Virus record (IMG/VR): IMGVR_UViG_3300025435_000018
Coordinates: 1,691-65,690 of that record
Source: a virus
Lineage: Duplodnaviria; Caudoviricetes
Reading direction: 5' to 3' (one strand)
Length of the DNA stretch: 64,000 nt
A program made the translations under genes and the position numbers. Below are positions 19,534 to 28,940 of this stretch, in pieces. The notes below the pieces were generated by a model. It had not been told where the DNA came from, did no database searches, and worked only from the letters and a program-made list of their open reading frames with translations. Positions within the stretch are counted from its first letter, which is position 1; the number at the start of each line of letters is the position of its first letter.

Positions 19534-19904
19534 TCAATCACCTGTGTCCGTTTGGCAATGCTATCACTGTACAACTTGGTACCACGATCACGAATCAGCT
19601 CTGCTGCTGCCTGTGGATCATCTTCAAACAGGCGTTCAAGAGTAGACTTATCAATGTCATCCACAGTTTGGATACTGTAGATCTCATAGTGACGCTGTGT
19701 GTTGGCACGGGCACGTAGAGTCATTGATTGAATGATGTTACTGATTCTGCGCCACGGTTCATTGCCATGATTTGCTTCAGGTTCTTTGAGTATGTCAAAC
19801 AACATCTCCTGATCTCTCAGTTCACCCGCGGCAAGATCTTGAGTGACATCAACTACTGCCTCAAGACCTGTCATATCCCAACTGATGATAAATGTATTGG
19901 TCAT
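19530..19904 (-). CDS. hypothetical protein
   Basis: Coupled ORF; LRARAN.QRHYEIY. Confidence 0.75.
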   Translation of the reverse strand: MTNTFIISWDMTGLEAVVDVTQDLAAGELRDQEMLFDILKEPEANHGNEPWRRISNIIQSMTLRARANTQRHYEIYSIQTVDDIDKSTLERLFEDDPQAAAELIRDRGTKLYSDSIAKRTQVIE

Positions 19905-20095
19905 GCCTTTTTAGTCAGTGTGATTTGGTGTGTGACATCGTCAACGTTCCAGATCAGTTCGTCACCAAAGTCCCATCCCATTTGATTGATCACTTCTTCG
20001 GGCAACTGCATGATGAGTTCGCCCGGATGTTCTGGGTCATCTTCTAGTTGTACTTCCCAACGTGTGTCACTGATTTTTTTAACTTTGTCCTGCAT
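19901..20095 (-). CDS. AbrB/MazE/SpoVT-like DNA-binding protein
   Basis: GELIMQLPEEVINQMGWDFGDELIW. Confidence 0.7.
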   Translation of the reverse strand: MQDKVKKISDTRWEVQLEDDPEHPGELIMQLPEEVINQMGWDFGDELIWNVDDVTHQITLTKKA

Positions 20096-20390
20096 CTAGT
20101 ACCTTGATATGTGTTACATTCTCAACTCTAAAACTTCTCCACTCTCCGCGGTCCAAGCACCAGGCGCTGAGTGTTTTGTAGTTGATGGCTTTGGTAGTAT
20201 GATTTTCGTTAACTGCCTTTGGAGGCAAGTAACTGTCAACCAGTGTGCAGGGCATGGTGCGTACTGTGCCATCCACTTTGGTAAATGTTACTTCAACTTG
20301 GTATCGGCCCAGCAAGTGGAAAATTTCATGCCAACGAGTCTCGAGATCAAAGTCTGGGTTGTCGTTGTTGTATTCAAATTCTAAACTCAT
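20079..20390 (-). CDS. WYL_2/SH3-like (DUF2693-type) protein
   Basis: VTFTKVDGTVRTM.CTL...DRGEWRSFR. Confidence 0.75.
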   Translation of the reverse strand: MSLEFEYNNDNPDFDLETRWHEIFHLLGRYQVEVTFTKVDGTVRTMPCTLVDSYLPPKAVNENHTTKAINYKTLSAWCLDRGEWRSFRVENVTHIKVLDAGQS

Positions 20391-20560
20391 CGTACAGCCC
20401 TTGCATCAACTGCAATAAATGCACCTAACAAGACCATTGCAACACCAATAACAACATTACCGTTGGTGATGTCAACGACACCACCAAAAATGTTCAGTGC
20501 CGCAATGGTGTAGCCAATTGGACGACGATATGCGCTTAACCAATTAAAAAATCTATTCAT
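20387..20560 (-). CDS. small membrane protein
   Basis: Not in ORF track; two hydrophobic segments; ATGA-coupled on both sides. Confidence 0.6.
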   Translation of the reverse strand: MNRFFNWLSAYRRPIGYTIAALNIFGGVVDITNGNVVIGVAMVLLGAFIAVDARAVR

Positions 20561-21162
20561 TTTATTCCTCTTCCAAGTATTGTGCCGTACACAGGCTCTT
20601 CTTCTGTGTATAGTACTTCAAATCCATAATTCAGCAGGTAAGGCACGACTGCCCCACTCTTGCCACTGTAGTGTCCCCACCACTTGTTGTACCAAGTGTC
20701 ATCGCATACCACAAGACTCTTGGGTGCCATGGCCTTGATGGCCAGTTCAGCCTGCCGCAAGTGTGCTCGTTGACTGTTGACATTGTTCATTTCGTAGCCT
20801 AGTTCTTTGTAGCGTTGCTGTTGCTCTAGTACAAAGCCTTCGGTCTTTTCCGGATGCCAGTCCCAATCAAAGTTGTCTAGATATAAGAAACTGATATAAT
20901 TGGTATGTGCCGGAAATGATTCTAAGAAACTTTCTCCACTGCTGTTGACGACCTCCACATTGGGAATGGTCATCAGTCTCAAGGTGTTGCAGTGATAGGG
21001 ATCAATGTCTACAGTGAACAGGTATTTGCCGCGCTGTTGTGCCCAAGCGGCAATGGTCTTGGTACTACCATCGTCACCGGCACGACCACAGCCAATCTCA
21101 ATCCAAGTACCAACTTCAAGTTGGTCAAGGTATTGCTCGGCTTGACGAAATACCTGTCCCAT
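20557..21162 (-). CDS. class I SAM-dependent methyltransferase-like protein
   Basis: IEIGCGR, TVDIDP, FLYLD, VCDD. Confidence 0.75.
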   Translation of the reverse strand: MGQVFRQAEQYLDQLEVGTWIEIGCGRAGDDGSTKTIAAWAQQRGKYLFTVDIDPYHCNTLRLMTIPNVEVVNSSGESFLESFPAHTNYISFLYLDNFDWDWHPEKTEGFVLEQQQRYKELGYEMNNVNSQRAHLRQAELAIKAMAPKSLVVCDDTWYNKWWGHYSGKSGAVVPYLLNYGFEVLYTEEEPVYGTILGRGIK

Positions 21163-21164
21163 GT

Positions 21165-21335
21165 TTACTTGTCGCCGCGATTACGAGCACTACGTTGGCG
21201 GCTTGCGTCTTGTTCAATCTTGACAAAACTGCGAATAAACGCACCACGAGCGTGATTGTCAGTGATCTGTGCCGCGGCACGTTTCACTTCTTTAGAGATT
21301 TTTACAGCCTTGCTGTCATAGCCTTTACATGTCAT
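21165..21335 (-). CDS. small basic protein (56 aa)
   Basis: Not in ORF track; AAGGAG SD; MTCKGYDSKAVKISKEVKRAAA... Confidence 0.6.
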   Translation of the reverse strand: MTCKGYDSKAVKISKEVKRAAAQITDNHARGAFIRSFVKIEQDASRQRSARNRGDK

Positions 21336-21336
21336 T

Positions 21337-22467
21337 TTACTTAGCTCCTTTAAAATTGCCTTGTTGGTCGTAGTTATTCATATCTGCCATGGCCTCGTCC
21401 TCAGCAGTCAGTATCTCAACAGATTTACCGCAGTCCGGACATGCCATATTACCGTCTACATCGTGTGTATCGTCGATTGGCCCTTCCCATGCACACGCTG
21501 TACACGCACAGTTAATGATTCCAGGGACATGATGTGATTCACTAAAATTGGTAATAATTTGATCTAGTTCATCGCGTAGATCCTGCTCGTCCGGGTCATA
21601 GGCAATGCCTTGCCATTCCTTAATTTTGATTTCGTCTTCGCTGTAGGCGCTGGTCCAATGTGTGCCAGTCCAACGTGCTTGATAGGTGTAACTGTTCTTA
21701 CCTGCTGTGCGAACCAGATAGTTGCCCACACGCACTGGTTTGATTTTCTTAGGAAACCATTCAGTCATGGTATACTCAATGTCATCCATGTTGCTGTACT
21801 TTTCCCAGGTGTTCGAATCTTTGATGAGATAAAAAGCAAGGTCGCTGCTTTTACCATTAGTGTTGCCACCCCAGTTGTCTATAGTGTTGCCGGCATATTC
21901 AACCTGGTTAATGATGTCGTTGCCATCCACTTCATCGTAACTGAGTGTGAGTTGTGTGATGTCAAACGGCTGTGTGAGTTCAATCTCACCTTCAAAGAAT
22001 GTGCCCTTTTCGTTGCTCACACCCAAGAACACCACTGTGCCTGCGGGCTTGCTGCCAATGTACACTTCTTCACCGCCGCCCCATTCGGGTTCATCTTCTT
22101 CACCGCCCGAGATGTCTTCAAGGCTGCGTTCATACACCACTTGATCGTTCTCGTCCAGAATCTGTAGTGTGCCAGCCGAGCGGTCAACACCATGACAGTG
22201 TCCCATGTCATCGCATTCGTACCAACTACCTGGAGGGAATGGTTGCATATCTTCGGGGATGTTGTGTTCTTCAGCATAGTCACTGTCCCAGCAATAGTCG
22301 CTGAGATCAAGTCGGCGTGCTCGAAAGTAATCGTAGATCTTGCGATCCACTGTGCCCATGACGTATTCACCACCATAGCCCCACATTTGAATCTTGTAGG
22401 TACGTGGTGTAAACTTGAGTACTTCCATTAACTTTTCATGTTCAGTGTTGACTGTTTCTGTTGACAT
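21337..22467 (-). CDS. acidic hypothetical protein with C-terminal Zn ribbon
   Basis: 376 aa; CTAC...CPDC. Confidence 0.8.
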   Translation of the reverse strand: MSTETVNTEHEKLMEVLKFTPRTYKIQMWGYGGEYVMGTVDRKIYDYFRARRLDLSDYCWDSDYAEEHNIPEDMQPFPPGSWYECDDMGHCHGVDRSAGTLQILDENDQVVYERSLEDISGGEEDEPEWGGGEEVYIGSKPAGTVVFLGVSNEKGTFFEGEIELTQPFDITQLTLSYDEVDGNDIINQVEYAGNTIDNWGGNTNGKSSDLAFYLIKDSNTWEKYSNMDDIEYTMTEWFPKKIKPVRVGNYLVRTAGKNSYTYQARWTGTHWTSAYSEDEIKIKEWQGIAYDPDEQDLRDELDQIITNFSESHHVPGIINCACTACAWEGPIDDTHDVDGNMACPDCGKSVEILTAEDEAMADMNNYDQQGNFKGAK

Positions 22468-22534
22468 ATAGCTGCTCCTGATTAAATGCTATTATAACAC
22501 GGTTGATGCTGTCTTGTTGCGTTTTTGGCTAACA

Positions 22535-22828
22535 TCATGTTCCAACCTTTAGTAGGGCCAGGGTCAAGGCACTTTCTTCTCGAAGATAGAAACGTCTACG
22601 CTTGGCACTGAATGACTGTTCATAGTGATAGTCTGGGTTGAACTTTTTAATAGGAAATCCATGGGCATTGGGTTCCTCTATGATGTGGTCTCCATACATC
22701 TCTTTGAACTGACCGATCAGCTTGACAAACAACAGACGATCTTCACGATGTTGCCAACGAAACTCTACAATGTAATGATAGCCCAAGCCATAGTACTTGT
22801 AGCGGCCATCACTTTTAAACTGTCGCAT
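22535..22828 (-). CDS. small protein, divergent FxL[KR]W-family member
   Basis: Ends RFYLREESALTLALLK. Confidence 0.65.
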   Translation of the reverse strand: MRQFKSDGRYKYYGLGYHYIVEFRWQHREDRLLFVKLIGQFKEMYGDHIIEEPNAHGFPIKKFNPDYHYEQSFSAKRRRFYLREESALTLALLKVGT

Positions 22829-22830
22829 GT

Positions 22831-23124
22831 TCAGCCCTTAAGGGTGTGCCAGTACTCGGGATCACAGCCCAGGTACAGAGCATATTGACGATAGTTTCGC
22901 CACTTGACAAAACGGTTTACTGAGTTTTCGCACCAGCGAAAAAAGCTGTCTCTAAACCACAGTGGATTCAGTACAGCCACAATACACAGCGTCAGCACAA
23001 ATGGAAATGCCACAATGGTTGTGACCCAGCGCCAGGTCTGTGCGCGATAATAGTTGCCGCCGTCTCTTGTTAGTTCTACTGTGTCTGGTAATCGACTGGT
23101 TTTTGGTGATTGTGCTTCCATCAT
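22831..23124 (-). CDS. hypothetical membrane protein
   Basis: One TM segment; AGGAG SD. Confidence 0.7.
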   Translation of the reverse strand: MMEAQSPKTSRLPDTVELTRDGGNYYRAQTWRWVTTIVAFPFVLTLCIVAVLNPLWFRDSFFRWCENSVNRFVKWRNYRQYALYLGCDPEYWHTLKG

Positions 23125-23164
23125 ACTCTCCTGTACTGTATTATACAGCCTTGTTCATTTAGTG

Positions 23165-23368
23165 TCAATATCTACGCAAAACTCGTATGGCAATTTCGCC
23201 ACAACAATCGCAGGCACGGGATTGATAGTCGATATCATAGGCACCTTCTTTACGATGAGCTGGTTTGCCCCATTTTGTCCAAGTGTGCCAACCAAGCCAG
23301 CACCAACGGCTGGTCACAAGTTCGGGCTTGTCTGCTAGAATTCTAGCTGTGTTTTCCACTTCGTTCAT
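23165..23368 (-). CDS. small Zn-binding hypothetical protein
   Basis: CWLGWHTW...RACDCCG. Confidence 0.65.
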   Translation of the reverse strand: MNEVENTARILADKPELVTSRWCWLGWHTWTKWGKPAHRKEGAYDIDYQSRACDCCGEIAIRVLRRY

Positions 23369-23655
23369 GATGCATTTCCTGCGTCATCATAGTTGTAGTA
23401 ACGACCAGCCTTCGCATTCCAATGGCGTGTGTCGTAGTAGTGTAACATGACTGTATATCCAAGTAAACCGATATCCAACATGACGCCAGCGTGATCCTCT
23501 CTGGTAGTCCATCTAATACGGAAGTCCACAATGTTGTTGTCTTTGATGACTTGAATTTCCGCGCCAGTGTGTTTGCCCAACATGGCACTATTGTGATAGA
23601 CAATGGCCCAACGGTCACTAAATGGATTTTGTAATCCGAAACTAAAATTAATCAT
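23365..23655 (-). CDS. hypothetical protein
   Basis: DHAG...YDTRHW; coupled. Confidence 0.7.
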   Translation of the reverse strand: MINFSFGLQNPFSDRWAIVYHNSAMLGKHTGAEIQVIKDNNIVDFRIRWTTREDHAGVMLDIGLLGYTVMLHYYDTRHWNAKAGRYYNYDDAGNAS

Positions 23656-23939
23656 AGTTCAACTCCGAAATGTTCGTCCAGTTTATTGCGTAAGGTGGCC
23701 TGGTAAAGGTTCACACTTGTTTTGAGCGCAGGCATCTGGATGGTTTCATCTGCCTTTAACTCATTGCAAGTTTCTTTGCTTATTTTGGCACATTCCCGGA
23801 CAATCAACTCGGCGAACCGTTCAGCAAAGCAATCTGGAATATACATCTTCTGTAATTCCAAATTGGTGTATTCATCATCTCGAATATAGTCAACATCGCT
23901 GACGGCCTTGTCAAAAAGTTCTTGAATTCGTTTGTTCAT
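23652..23939 (-). CDS. hypothetical protein
   Basis: MNKRIQEL...FAELIVREC...HFGVE, a common phage small-protein pattern. Confidence 0.75.
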   Translation of the reverse strand: MNKRIQELFDKAVSDVDYIRDDEYTNLELQKMYIPDCFAERFAELIVRECAKISKETCNELKADETIQMPALKTSVNLYQATLRNKLDEHFGVEL

Positions 23940-24223
23940 CGTCCTGCCTTTGCATCGTTATAACCAATCAGATAACCCATCACCAATGCAAACATCATAC
24001 CCGCAATGGCAATCGCTGTGCCAATGACAGGTCCCCAATCAAATTTGTTCATAGTAAAAATCCTATGGCTGCGCCAATCACAAATCCTGCCGAAGCCAGT
24101 AGGCTCCAAAAGGCCACAAAGCCCCAGTGGCTGTCAATCAAGCGCATGAATGGGCCAAGTTCATCGAGCCAGGCATTTTCTTGTTTGAGCAGGTCGGCTT
24201 CTCGTTGTTGCCAATAGTTCATG

Positions 24224-24556
24224 TCACGCTCCCAACATGGCCCACACGGCTGTTTTCTCTAAGTCTTGTTCAAACTCTGGATAAACTTCATCCAATCGTT
24301 GCTTATCAACTTCTTGATAGCCTTTGTTCAACTTCTTGCGTTTCATGCCATCCACATCCCAGTCGCTGCCTTCCCAGATTTTTGTCTGTAGTGCTTTGCC
24401 GCGACGTCCCCAGAATGTCACGTACTTGTCTAGTGATGTGTAAAAATAATTCGGGGGCAACTTCTTGCCTCGTTCTAGCAAGATAATTCCCCACACTTTG
24501 TCACTGTTGGCTTTTTCATCTCGGCACCACAAAATATGTTCATACTTCATCAACAA
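24224..24556 (-). CDS. WGR-domain-like protein
   Basis: SDKVW...FWGRRG...KKLNKGY. Confidence 0.7.
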   Translation of the reverse strand: MLMKYEHILWCRDEKANSDKVWGIILLERGKKLPPNYFYTSLDKYVTFWGRRGKALQTKIWEGSDWDVDGMKRKKLNKGYQEVDKQRLDEVYPEFEQDLEKTAVWAMLGA

Positions 24557-24767
24557 CCTCCGATCCTGTTTTCAAATCCCAACGTACTCGACTGCCCAAT
24601 GCTGGCAGAACTTTTTCGTATTTGTCCCACTCACTTCGGCAACGATTGGGCATACCAATTGAGCATACCACAGCCGCGCACAATTCACAACGATAGCCAT
24701 AGCCCGAGCCTTCATCAAAGTGTGCTGTACCACCGCAAGGCAGATACAGTGGGTCATACTGATCCAT
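24540..24767 (-). CDS. small Cys-rich protein
   Basis: Start moved to MDQYD; CGG...YRCELC..C. Confidence 0.65.
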   Translation of the reverse strand: MDQYDPLYLPCGGTAHFDEGSGYGYRCELCAAVVCSIGMPNRCRSEWDKYEKVLPALGSRVRWDLKTGSEVVDEV

Positions 24768-25128
24768 TACTTGCCTTTCGTTTGGCCTGTGTACGCTTGA
24801 ACATTGCTGTATAAGCTGGATTGTCTTTGACTGCTTCGATATAGTCTGCTGGTGGCCGTTCAATCCGGCCCACGCCAGTGTTGGGATCAACTAAACGCCA
24901 CGCACCATTCACCAACTGCGGATATGCTTTGCCTTCTGCGAACAACCGCACTTGACGATAACGTGCCTCAGCAATCATAATATCAAGCATTTCCTTTGTA
25001 TAGGATTCTGGATTGTCATGTATCCAATTGATCACATTGACCAAATGACCGTCCTTCATGTCCTTGATCGGGATGCTACGGCCATCGGCTGTGCGCCACC
25101 AGCGCTCTCTATCCAGTTCATGACTCAT
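24754..25128 (-). CDS. hypothetical protein
   Basis: W.TADGR.IPIKDM.D.HL.N. Confidence 0.7.
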   Translation of the reverse strand: MSHELDRERWWRTADGRSIPIKDMKDGHLVNVINWIHDNPESYTKEMLDIMIAEARYRQVRLFAEGKAYPQLVNGAWRLVDPNTGVGRIERPPADYIEAVKDNPAYTAMFKRTQAKRKASNGSV

Positions 25129-25532
25129 ATCACAAATCCCACTCTACTAAGACTGGCCACGGCCTGACTATACTGTTCAGGATCGACCGTGATATATTCT
25201 TGACTGGGGCCACTGTTAAAGGTACGATTACGCAAACGGTCATACATATCTTTGCTGTCCTTAAGACCAAGTCCAGTCCAGGCACGAATCTCTTTGATAC
25301 AATTCACTGCATTGTTCTGTGCCGACGCACCAATGCCCTTCAACAAGATGCGATCATTGTAAGTACCAGTAATCATGGCAAAGAAGATTTGACCCTTTAC
25401 ATCAGGATCCAGCACACCGGCAATCTGCTCCCACAGTTCCAAGCCTGCATCAGCGCCATAGGCTTCTGTTATGCTACGCATAAAGTGAAGTCCATTGCTG
25501 ATAATGGCTGTCTTGTGTTCTTCGGGTATCAC
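25125..25532 (-). CDS. protein with ribosomal bL12 (L7/L12) C-terminal-like domain
   Basis: AVNCIKEIRAWTGLGLKDSKDMYD aligns with bL12 KIxVIKxVRxxTGLGLKEAKDLVE. Confidence 0.75.
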   Translation of the reverse strand: MIPEEHKTAIISNGLHFMRSITEAYGADAGLELWEQIAGVLDPDVKGQIFFAMITGTYNDRILLKGIGASAQNNAVNCIKEIRAWTGLGLKDSKDMYDRLRNRTFNSGPSQEYITVDPEQYSQAVASLSRVGFVI

Positions 25533-26839
25533 AGTTTTTCACCCTTAGCAAAGCCACGGAATGTTTTGAAACGTGGAAAGCGCAGGCTCCAAACGTCAGT
25601 GCTACCTTGGTTCAGTGTTGCGGCATCTGCACGTACTTCAATCACGCTACCAATGATGTCATCTGTGTAGAACTCGTCACGCTGTGCATCTGTATAGCCA
25701 CCGCCAACTGACACACGGATAAACTTGCCCGCATCTGTGCCTTCACAAAGCAGTGCGCCCATACGGCCCACATTCTTACCTGTGCCTTCTTCAACTGACA
25801 CCACAGTAAGACTGACTTCAATAAAGGGCTTCAGCTTCATCCAAGCACGACCACGCTTGCACTCATAGCCAGCGTCCAGGTCCTTGATCATGATGCCTTC
25901 ATAGCCACCGGCTACTGCGGCAGCATTGATCTCAGTAAAACGTGCCTGACCTTCCACAGTGTCAAGGTCCACAACCTCTTGTCCCACTACTGTGACATTG
26001 GGCATGTGTTCGGCAATCAAACTGTACCAACCAAGCAGGCGTGCGCTACGCTCAACCTGTGCTGTGTTGCTACGACCCGCTAAAAACTCGTCTAAGGTGA
26101 TCATGTCAAACAAGTTCAACACGGCATCTTGTGTTTGTGCATTTTCTTTGCGGCGTGCCTGCTTCATCAAGTCTTGGAACGTGGCGCTCATGATCTCGCC
26201 ATCCAACACCATGGGCTCTTTAAAGAACTTGGCATGTCGAGCAATTTGTGCAACCACAGTAGGAAAGTTCACCAGCTCTTTGCCATTGCGGCTGTACTGG
26301 TCTACTTTGCCATCGGGGTAGACAATGGTAATAACACGCATACCATCAAGTTTGACCTCAATGATTTTCTTGCCCGTCATTTCATTTTCGTTGTTGGCGC
26401 TGTCCACAGCCAGCTGACATGAGAACACAGGAATCTCATACTTGCTGTTGATCTTGGCGACCATCTTGTTCACTGTTTTCTCACTGACACCACAGCGCAA
26501 GTCTTTGATTAGAATACGTCGGTACCAGTGATTCCATTCAGTTTCAGTTGCGTTTAGTCGCATGTGGTTCACTGCTGTGCGAGCAGCATCACCTGTGAGC
26601 TGGCGTTTAGCCAACTGTTCTGCTGTCTTCCAAAAAGTGTCTGGATTCAGCCCCCGACCGTCGCCTGTCTTTTCATCAACCTGCTTGATGCCAAATGTGA
26701 TCATGCTGTCTAGGGTAGCACGTAGACCACGGAAGAATTCATCGTTGCCTGCTGTAGCTTCACGTTTGACCACTGCTTCTTTAAACAGGCGGCTGTTGTC
26801 TGATTCAAGCTCGATGATAACGTCCCAGGGTTTGTTCAT
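25529..26839 (-). CDS. lig: ATP-dependent DNA ligase
   Basis: EVKLDGMR (KxDG), LDGEI, EGIMIK, WMKLKP, SLRFPRF; start moved to MNKPW (AAGGA SD). Confidence 0.96.
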   Translation of the reverse strand: MNKPWDVIIELESDNSRLFKEAVVKREATAGNDEFFRGLRATLDSMITFGIKQVDEKTGDGRGLNPDTFWKTAEQLAKRQLTGDAARTAVNHMRLNATETEWNHWYRRILIKDLRCGVSEKTVNKMVAKINSKYEIPVFSCQLAVDSANNENEMTGKKIIEVKLDGMRVITIVYPDGKVDQYSRNGKELVNFPTVVAQIARHAKFFKEPMVLDGEIMSATFQDLMKQARRKENAQTQDAVLNLFDMITLDEFLAGRSNTAQVERSARLLGWYSLIAEHMPNVTVVGQEVVDLDTVEGQARFTEINAAAVAGGYEGIMIKDLDAGYECKRGRAWMKLKPFIEVSLTVVSVEEGTGKNVGRMGALLCEGTDAGKFIRVSVGGGYTDAQRDEFYTDDIIGSVIEVRADAATLNQGSTDVWSLRFPRFKTFRGFAKGEKL

Positions 26840-26908
26840 TGCAGGTCCTTTGTGTTTCTGTATGTGTATATTATAGCAGGGTTTGAGTTTCGAGTCAAAT
26901 CCAAAAAA

Positions 26909-26926
26909 GTAGTACTTGAGTACTAC
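26909..26926. promoter_or_regulatory. 18-bp palindromic operator-like site
   Basis: GTAGTACT-TG-AGTACTAC; related copies at 30780, 37327 and 49291, half-site at 34334. Confidence 0.65.
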
Positions 26927-27150
26927 GTCCACCTCAACACGAATGCGGTGTAATCCGATTCTCGTTTAAAGTAGAATCTGACAATGGGACGACCACAATA
27001 TGCATCATTATAGACATACATAGACCTGCGCCACCACAGCATTTGGCTCATCTTGACACCGTCGGGCTTGGATTTGCCAAACGTTGCTCGTGCCCATTTA
27101 GTCACTGTGGGTGCGTTACTGTCTTCAATATCGAATGTGTAGTGTTTCAT
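26923..27150 (-). CDS. small protein, FxL[KR]W-terminal family
   Basis: KWARATFG...FYFKRESDYTAFVLRWT. Confidence 0.75.
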   Translation of the reverse strand: MKHYTFDIEDSNAPTVTKWARATFGKSKPDGVKMSQMLWWRRSMYVYNDAYCGRPIVRFYFKRESDYTAFVLRWT

Positions 27151-27380
27151 AGCCAAGTCAGGGCAAATACAGAGGCCAGGCCACCATCGCGAAACTTGAA
27201 TGTTTGTGTATTGTGTGTAGCGGGGCCTATGACATAGTTCTTACGCCTTGTGTGCCATTTCAACCAACCTTTGGCCTGCTCTACCCTGCGATCAAAGTCA
27301 AGGTATCTGTCACCGTTGCGTGGCACCAGTGTTACTTCGTGTTCATACACACGCTGACTTCTTCGTTGTCTACTGTTCAT
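27147..27380 (-). CDS. small protein, FxL[KR]W-terminal family
   Basis: FKFRDGGLASVFALTWL. Confidence 0.7.
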   Translation of the reverse strand: MNSRQRRSQRVYEHEVTLVPRNGDRYLDFDRRVEQAKGWLKWHTRRKNYVIGPATHNTQTFKFRDGGLASVFALTWL

Positions 27381-27390
27381 TGCAATTCCT

Positions 27391-27636
27391 TTATGCCCAC
27401 TTCAATACAAATGCTGTGTGACTAGCTTCTTCATCCCAACGCAAGTACCAACCTTGAGTACTAGTTTGAATCAATTTACCACCCAAGGGTTTGAGTTTAA
27501 AATTAGCGACAGTGATTTGTCGCCAGTCGTTATTATTAGCAACTTCTCCACAATGAATCCAAAAATTTTCAAAGTAATGCGGAAACTCGGCATCAAAGAT
27601 ACCAGCGGTTACATCAACACGAAACTTGTCTGGCAT
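27391..27636 (-). CDS. small protein, FxL[KR]W-terminal family
   Basis: LRWDEEASHTAFVLKWA. Confidence 0.72.
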   Translation of the reverse strand: MPDKFRVDVTAGIFDAEFPHYFENFWIHCGEVANNNDWRQITVANFKLKPLGGKLIQTSTQGWYLRWDEEASHTAFVLKWA

Positions 27637-27836
27637 TACAACCACCTCAATATGTACCAGTCGCGATCTCGTTTATCACGGAACTGTATTGTGTACTCCA
27701 AAGCCATCCAGCGTTGTCGAAACCCTGGCTCGCCAAAGTTTTCTCTGCACCATTCCAATACATCAGTTTTCTCACCAGCACGGGCTCGTGGCAAATCCAC
27801 TGCCCATCTAATTCCCGACGGTGTTAGTGTGTTCAT
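27636..27836 (-). CDS. small protein, FxL[KR]W-terminal family
   Basis: EWCRENFG...IQFRDKRDRDWYILRWL. Confidence 0.75.
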   Translation of the reverse strand: MNTLTPSGIRWAVDLPRARAGEKTDVLEWCRENFGEPGFRQRWMALEYTIQFRDKRDRDWYILRWL

Positions 27837-28039
27837 GCCCACCTCAATACAAACATCAAGTGATTGTCTGCGCGGCGAAATTCAAACACACCTTCGCTGA
27901 CAAAGCGCCAATTGTGTTGTTCGAAATTTTCAGCACACCACTGCATACAAGGTGTCCAACCTAGATACCCGCCGTTGGTCCACGGACTTGGCACACTTGC
28001 CACAATCCACCCGTTGATAGGATTACGGGGCAGTTGCAA
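27833..28039 (-). CDS. small protein, FxL[KR]W-terminal family
   Basis: QWCAENF...FEFRRADNHLMFVLRWA. Confidence 0.75.
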   Translation of the reverse strand: MQLPRNPINGWIVASVPSPWTNGGYLGWTPCMQWCAENFEQHNWRFVSEGVFEFRRADNHLMFVLRWA

Positions 28040-28040
28040 G

Positions 28041-28433
28041 TTATGCCTCCACAGATTGTTCGTTGAGTGCCATCCACATTTCTTCTTGCTCAGTGTAGAT
28101 CAATTGATGCCGTTCAAGCACAGCACGACGGTCTGCCTCATCCATGTGAAGCCAAGCCTGTACTCGATCGTAACTGCCATATGCCTCAAGCGGCGCACAG
28201 TTAACAATCCAACGAGCCAGGTTCTTAAATGCTGTCACTGAGTTGGCGAGGTGGCTATGCAACATAGCACCTAAAAAGTCATTGGCCAAGACCGAAGTAA
28301 AACAACTGCCGGGCTCAAAGCCATAGAGCAAATAGCGATATACAGGATAAGCAAATTCGTCATCCACATGCCAGTAACTGAATGAGTCTTGGAATCGTTT
28401 TGTGCTGTATTTTGTCAGTTTCATTATAGCCAC
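28041..28433 (-). CDS. conserved phage hypothetical protein
   Basis: YLLYG.EPGS..TSVLAND...P.EAYGS. Confidence 0.75.
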   Translation of the reverse strand: MAIMKLTKYSTKRFQDSFSYWHVDDEFAYPVYRYLLYGFEPGSCFTSVLANDFLGAMLHSHLANSVTAFKNLARWIVNCAPLEAYGSYDRVQAWLHMDEADRRAVLERHQLIYTEQEEMWMALNEQSVEA

Positions 28434-28472
28434 CTTAGTCTACGCATTATAGCATCTGATTCACAGTTGTTG

Positions 28473-28697
28473 TCATAACTTCAATAAAAACATTAGATAG
28501 TGTTGTTCATTATGGAATACCAAATAGCTTTGTCGTTCTCGATTACTGTAGTATTGTCCAATATCGTATTCTTCATCAAGCCAATGCCAAACTTTGGTTT
28601 GAGTTTTTGCTTTAAGGTAAGCATCTTTGATCTGGTCAAAATGAGTGTCAATTGACACCTTGTGTTTGAACCAATGATTAAACAAGTGTACTTTCAT
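28473..28697 (-). CDS. small protein, FxL[KR]W-terminal family
   Basis: LVFHNEQHYLMFLLKL. Confidence 0.7.
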   Translation of the reverse strand: MKVHLFNHWFKHKVSIDTHFDQIKDAYLKAKTQTKVWHWLDEEYDIGQYYSNRERQSYLVFHNEQHYLMFLLKL

Positions 28698-28897
28698 GCC
28701 CACCTCAACAAGAATGCTGTTACTTCTTCAGGAGTCTTGAACTGCCACATGTCATAGCTCATTCTAACACCGCATGAATTTTCCTGGCTCCACTGTTGGA
28801 CTTGATACAACACAATGTCGAAGTTTATGGGCTCAGTCCAAGTACACTGGAGCCAAAGGCCCTGGGGTTTGCGATCAAGCGTGGTCCATTTTAACAT
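28694..28897 (-). CDS. small protein, FxL[KR]W-terminal family
   Basis: QWSQENSCG...WQFKTPEEVTAFLLRWA. Confidence 0.75.
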   Translation of the reverse strand: MLKWTTLDRKPQGLWLQCTWTEPINFDIVLYQVQQWSQENSCGVRMSYDMWQFKTPEEVTAFLLRWA

Positions 28898-28940
28898 GCT
28901 TACAGTCTCCACGAAATTTGAAACCGCTATAAATAAGCGT

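Noticed and set aside
25529-26932. Long N-terminal extensions in the ORF track (ligase, FabF, 28815, 29600, 33564, 36931, 38319, 46211 and others)
   Set aside because: The extensions run through promoters or upstream genes; downstream ATGs have an SD, an ATGA overlap or leaderless spacing.
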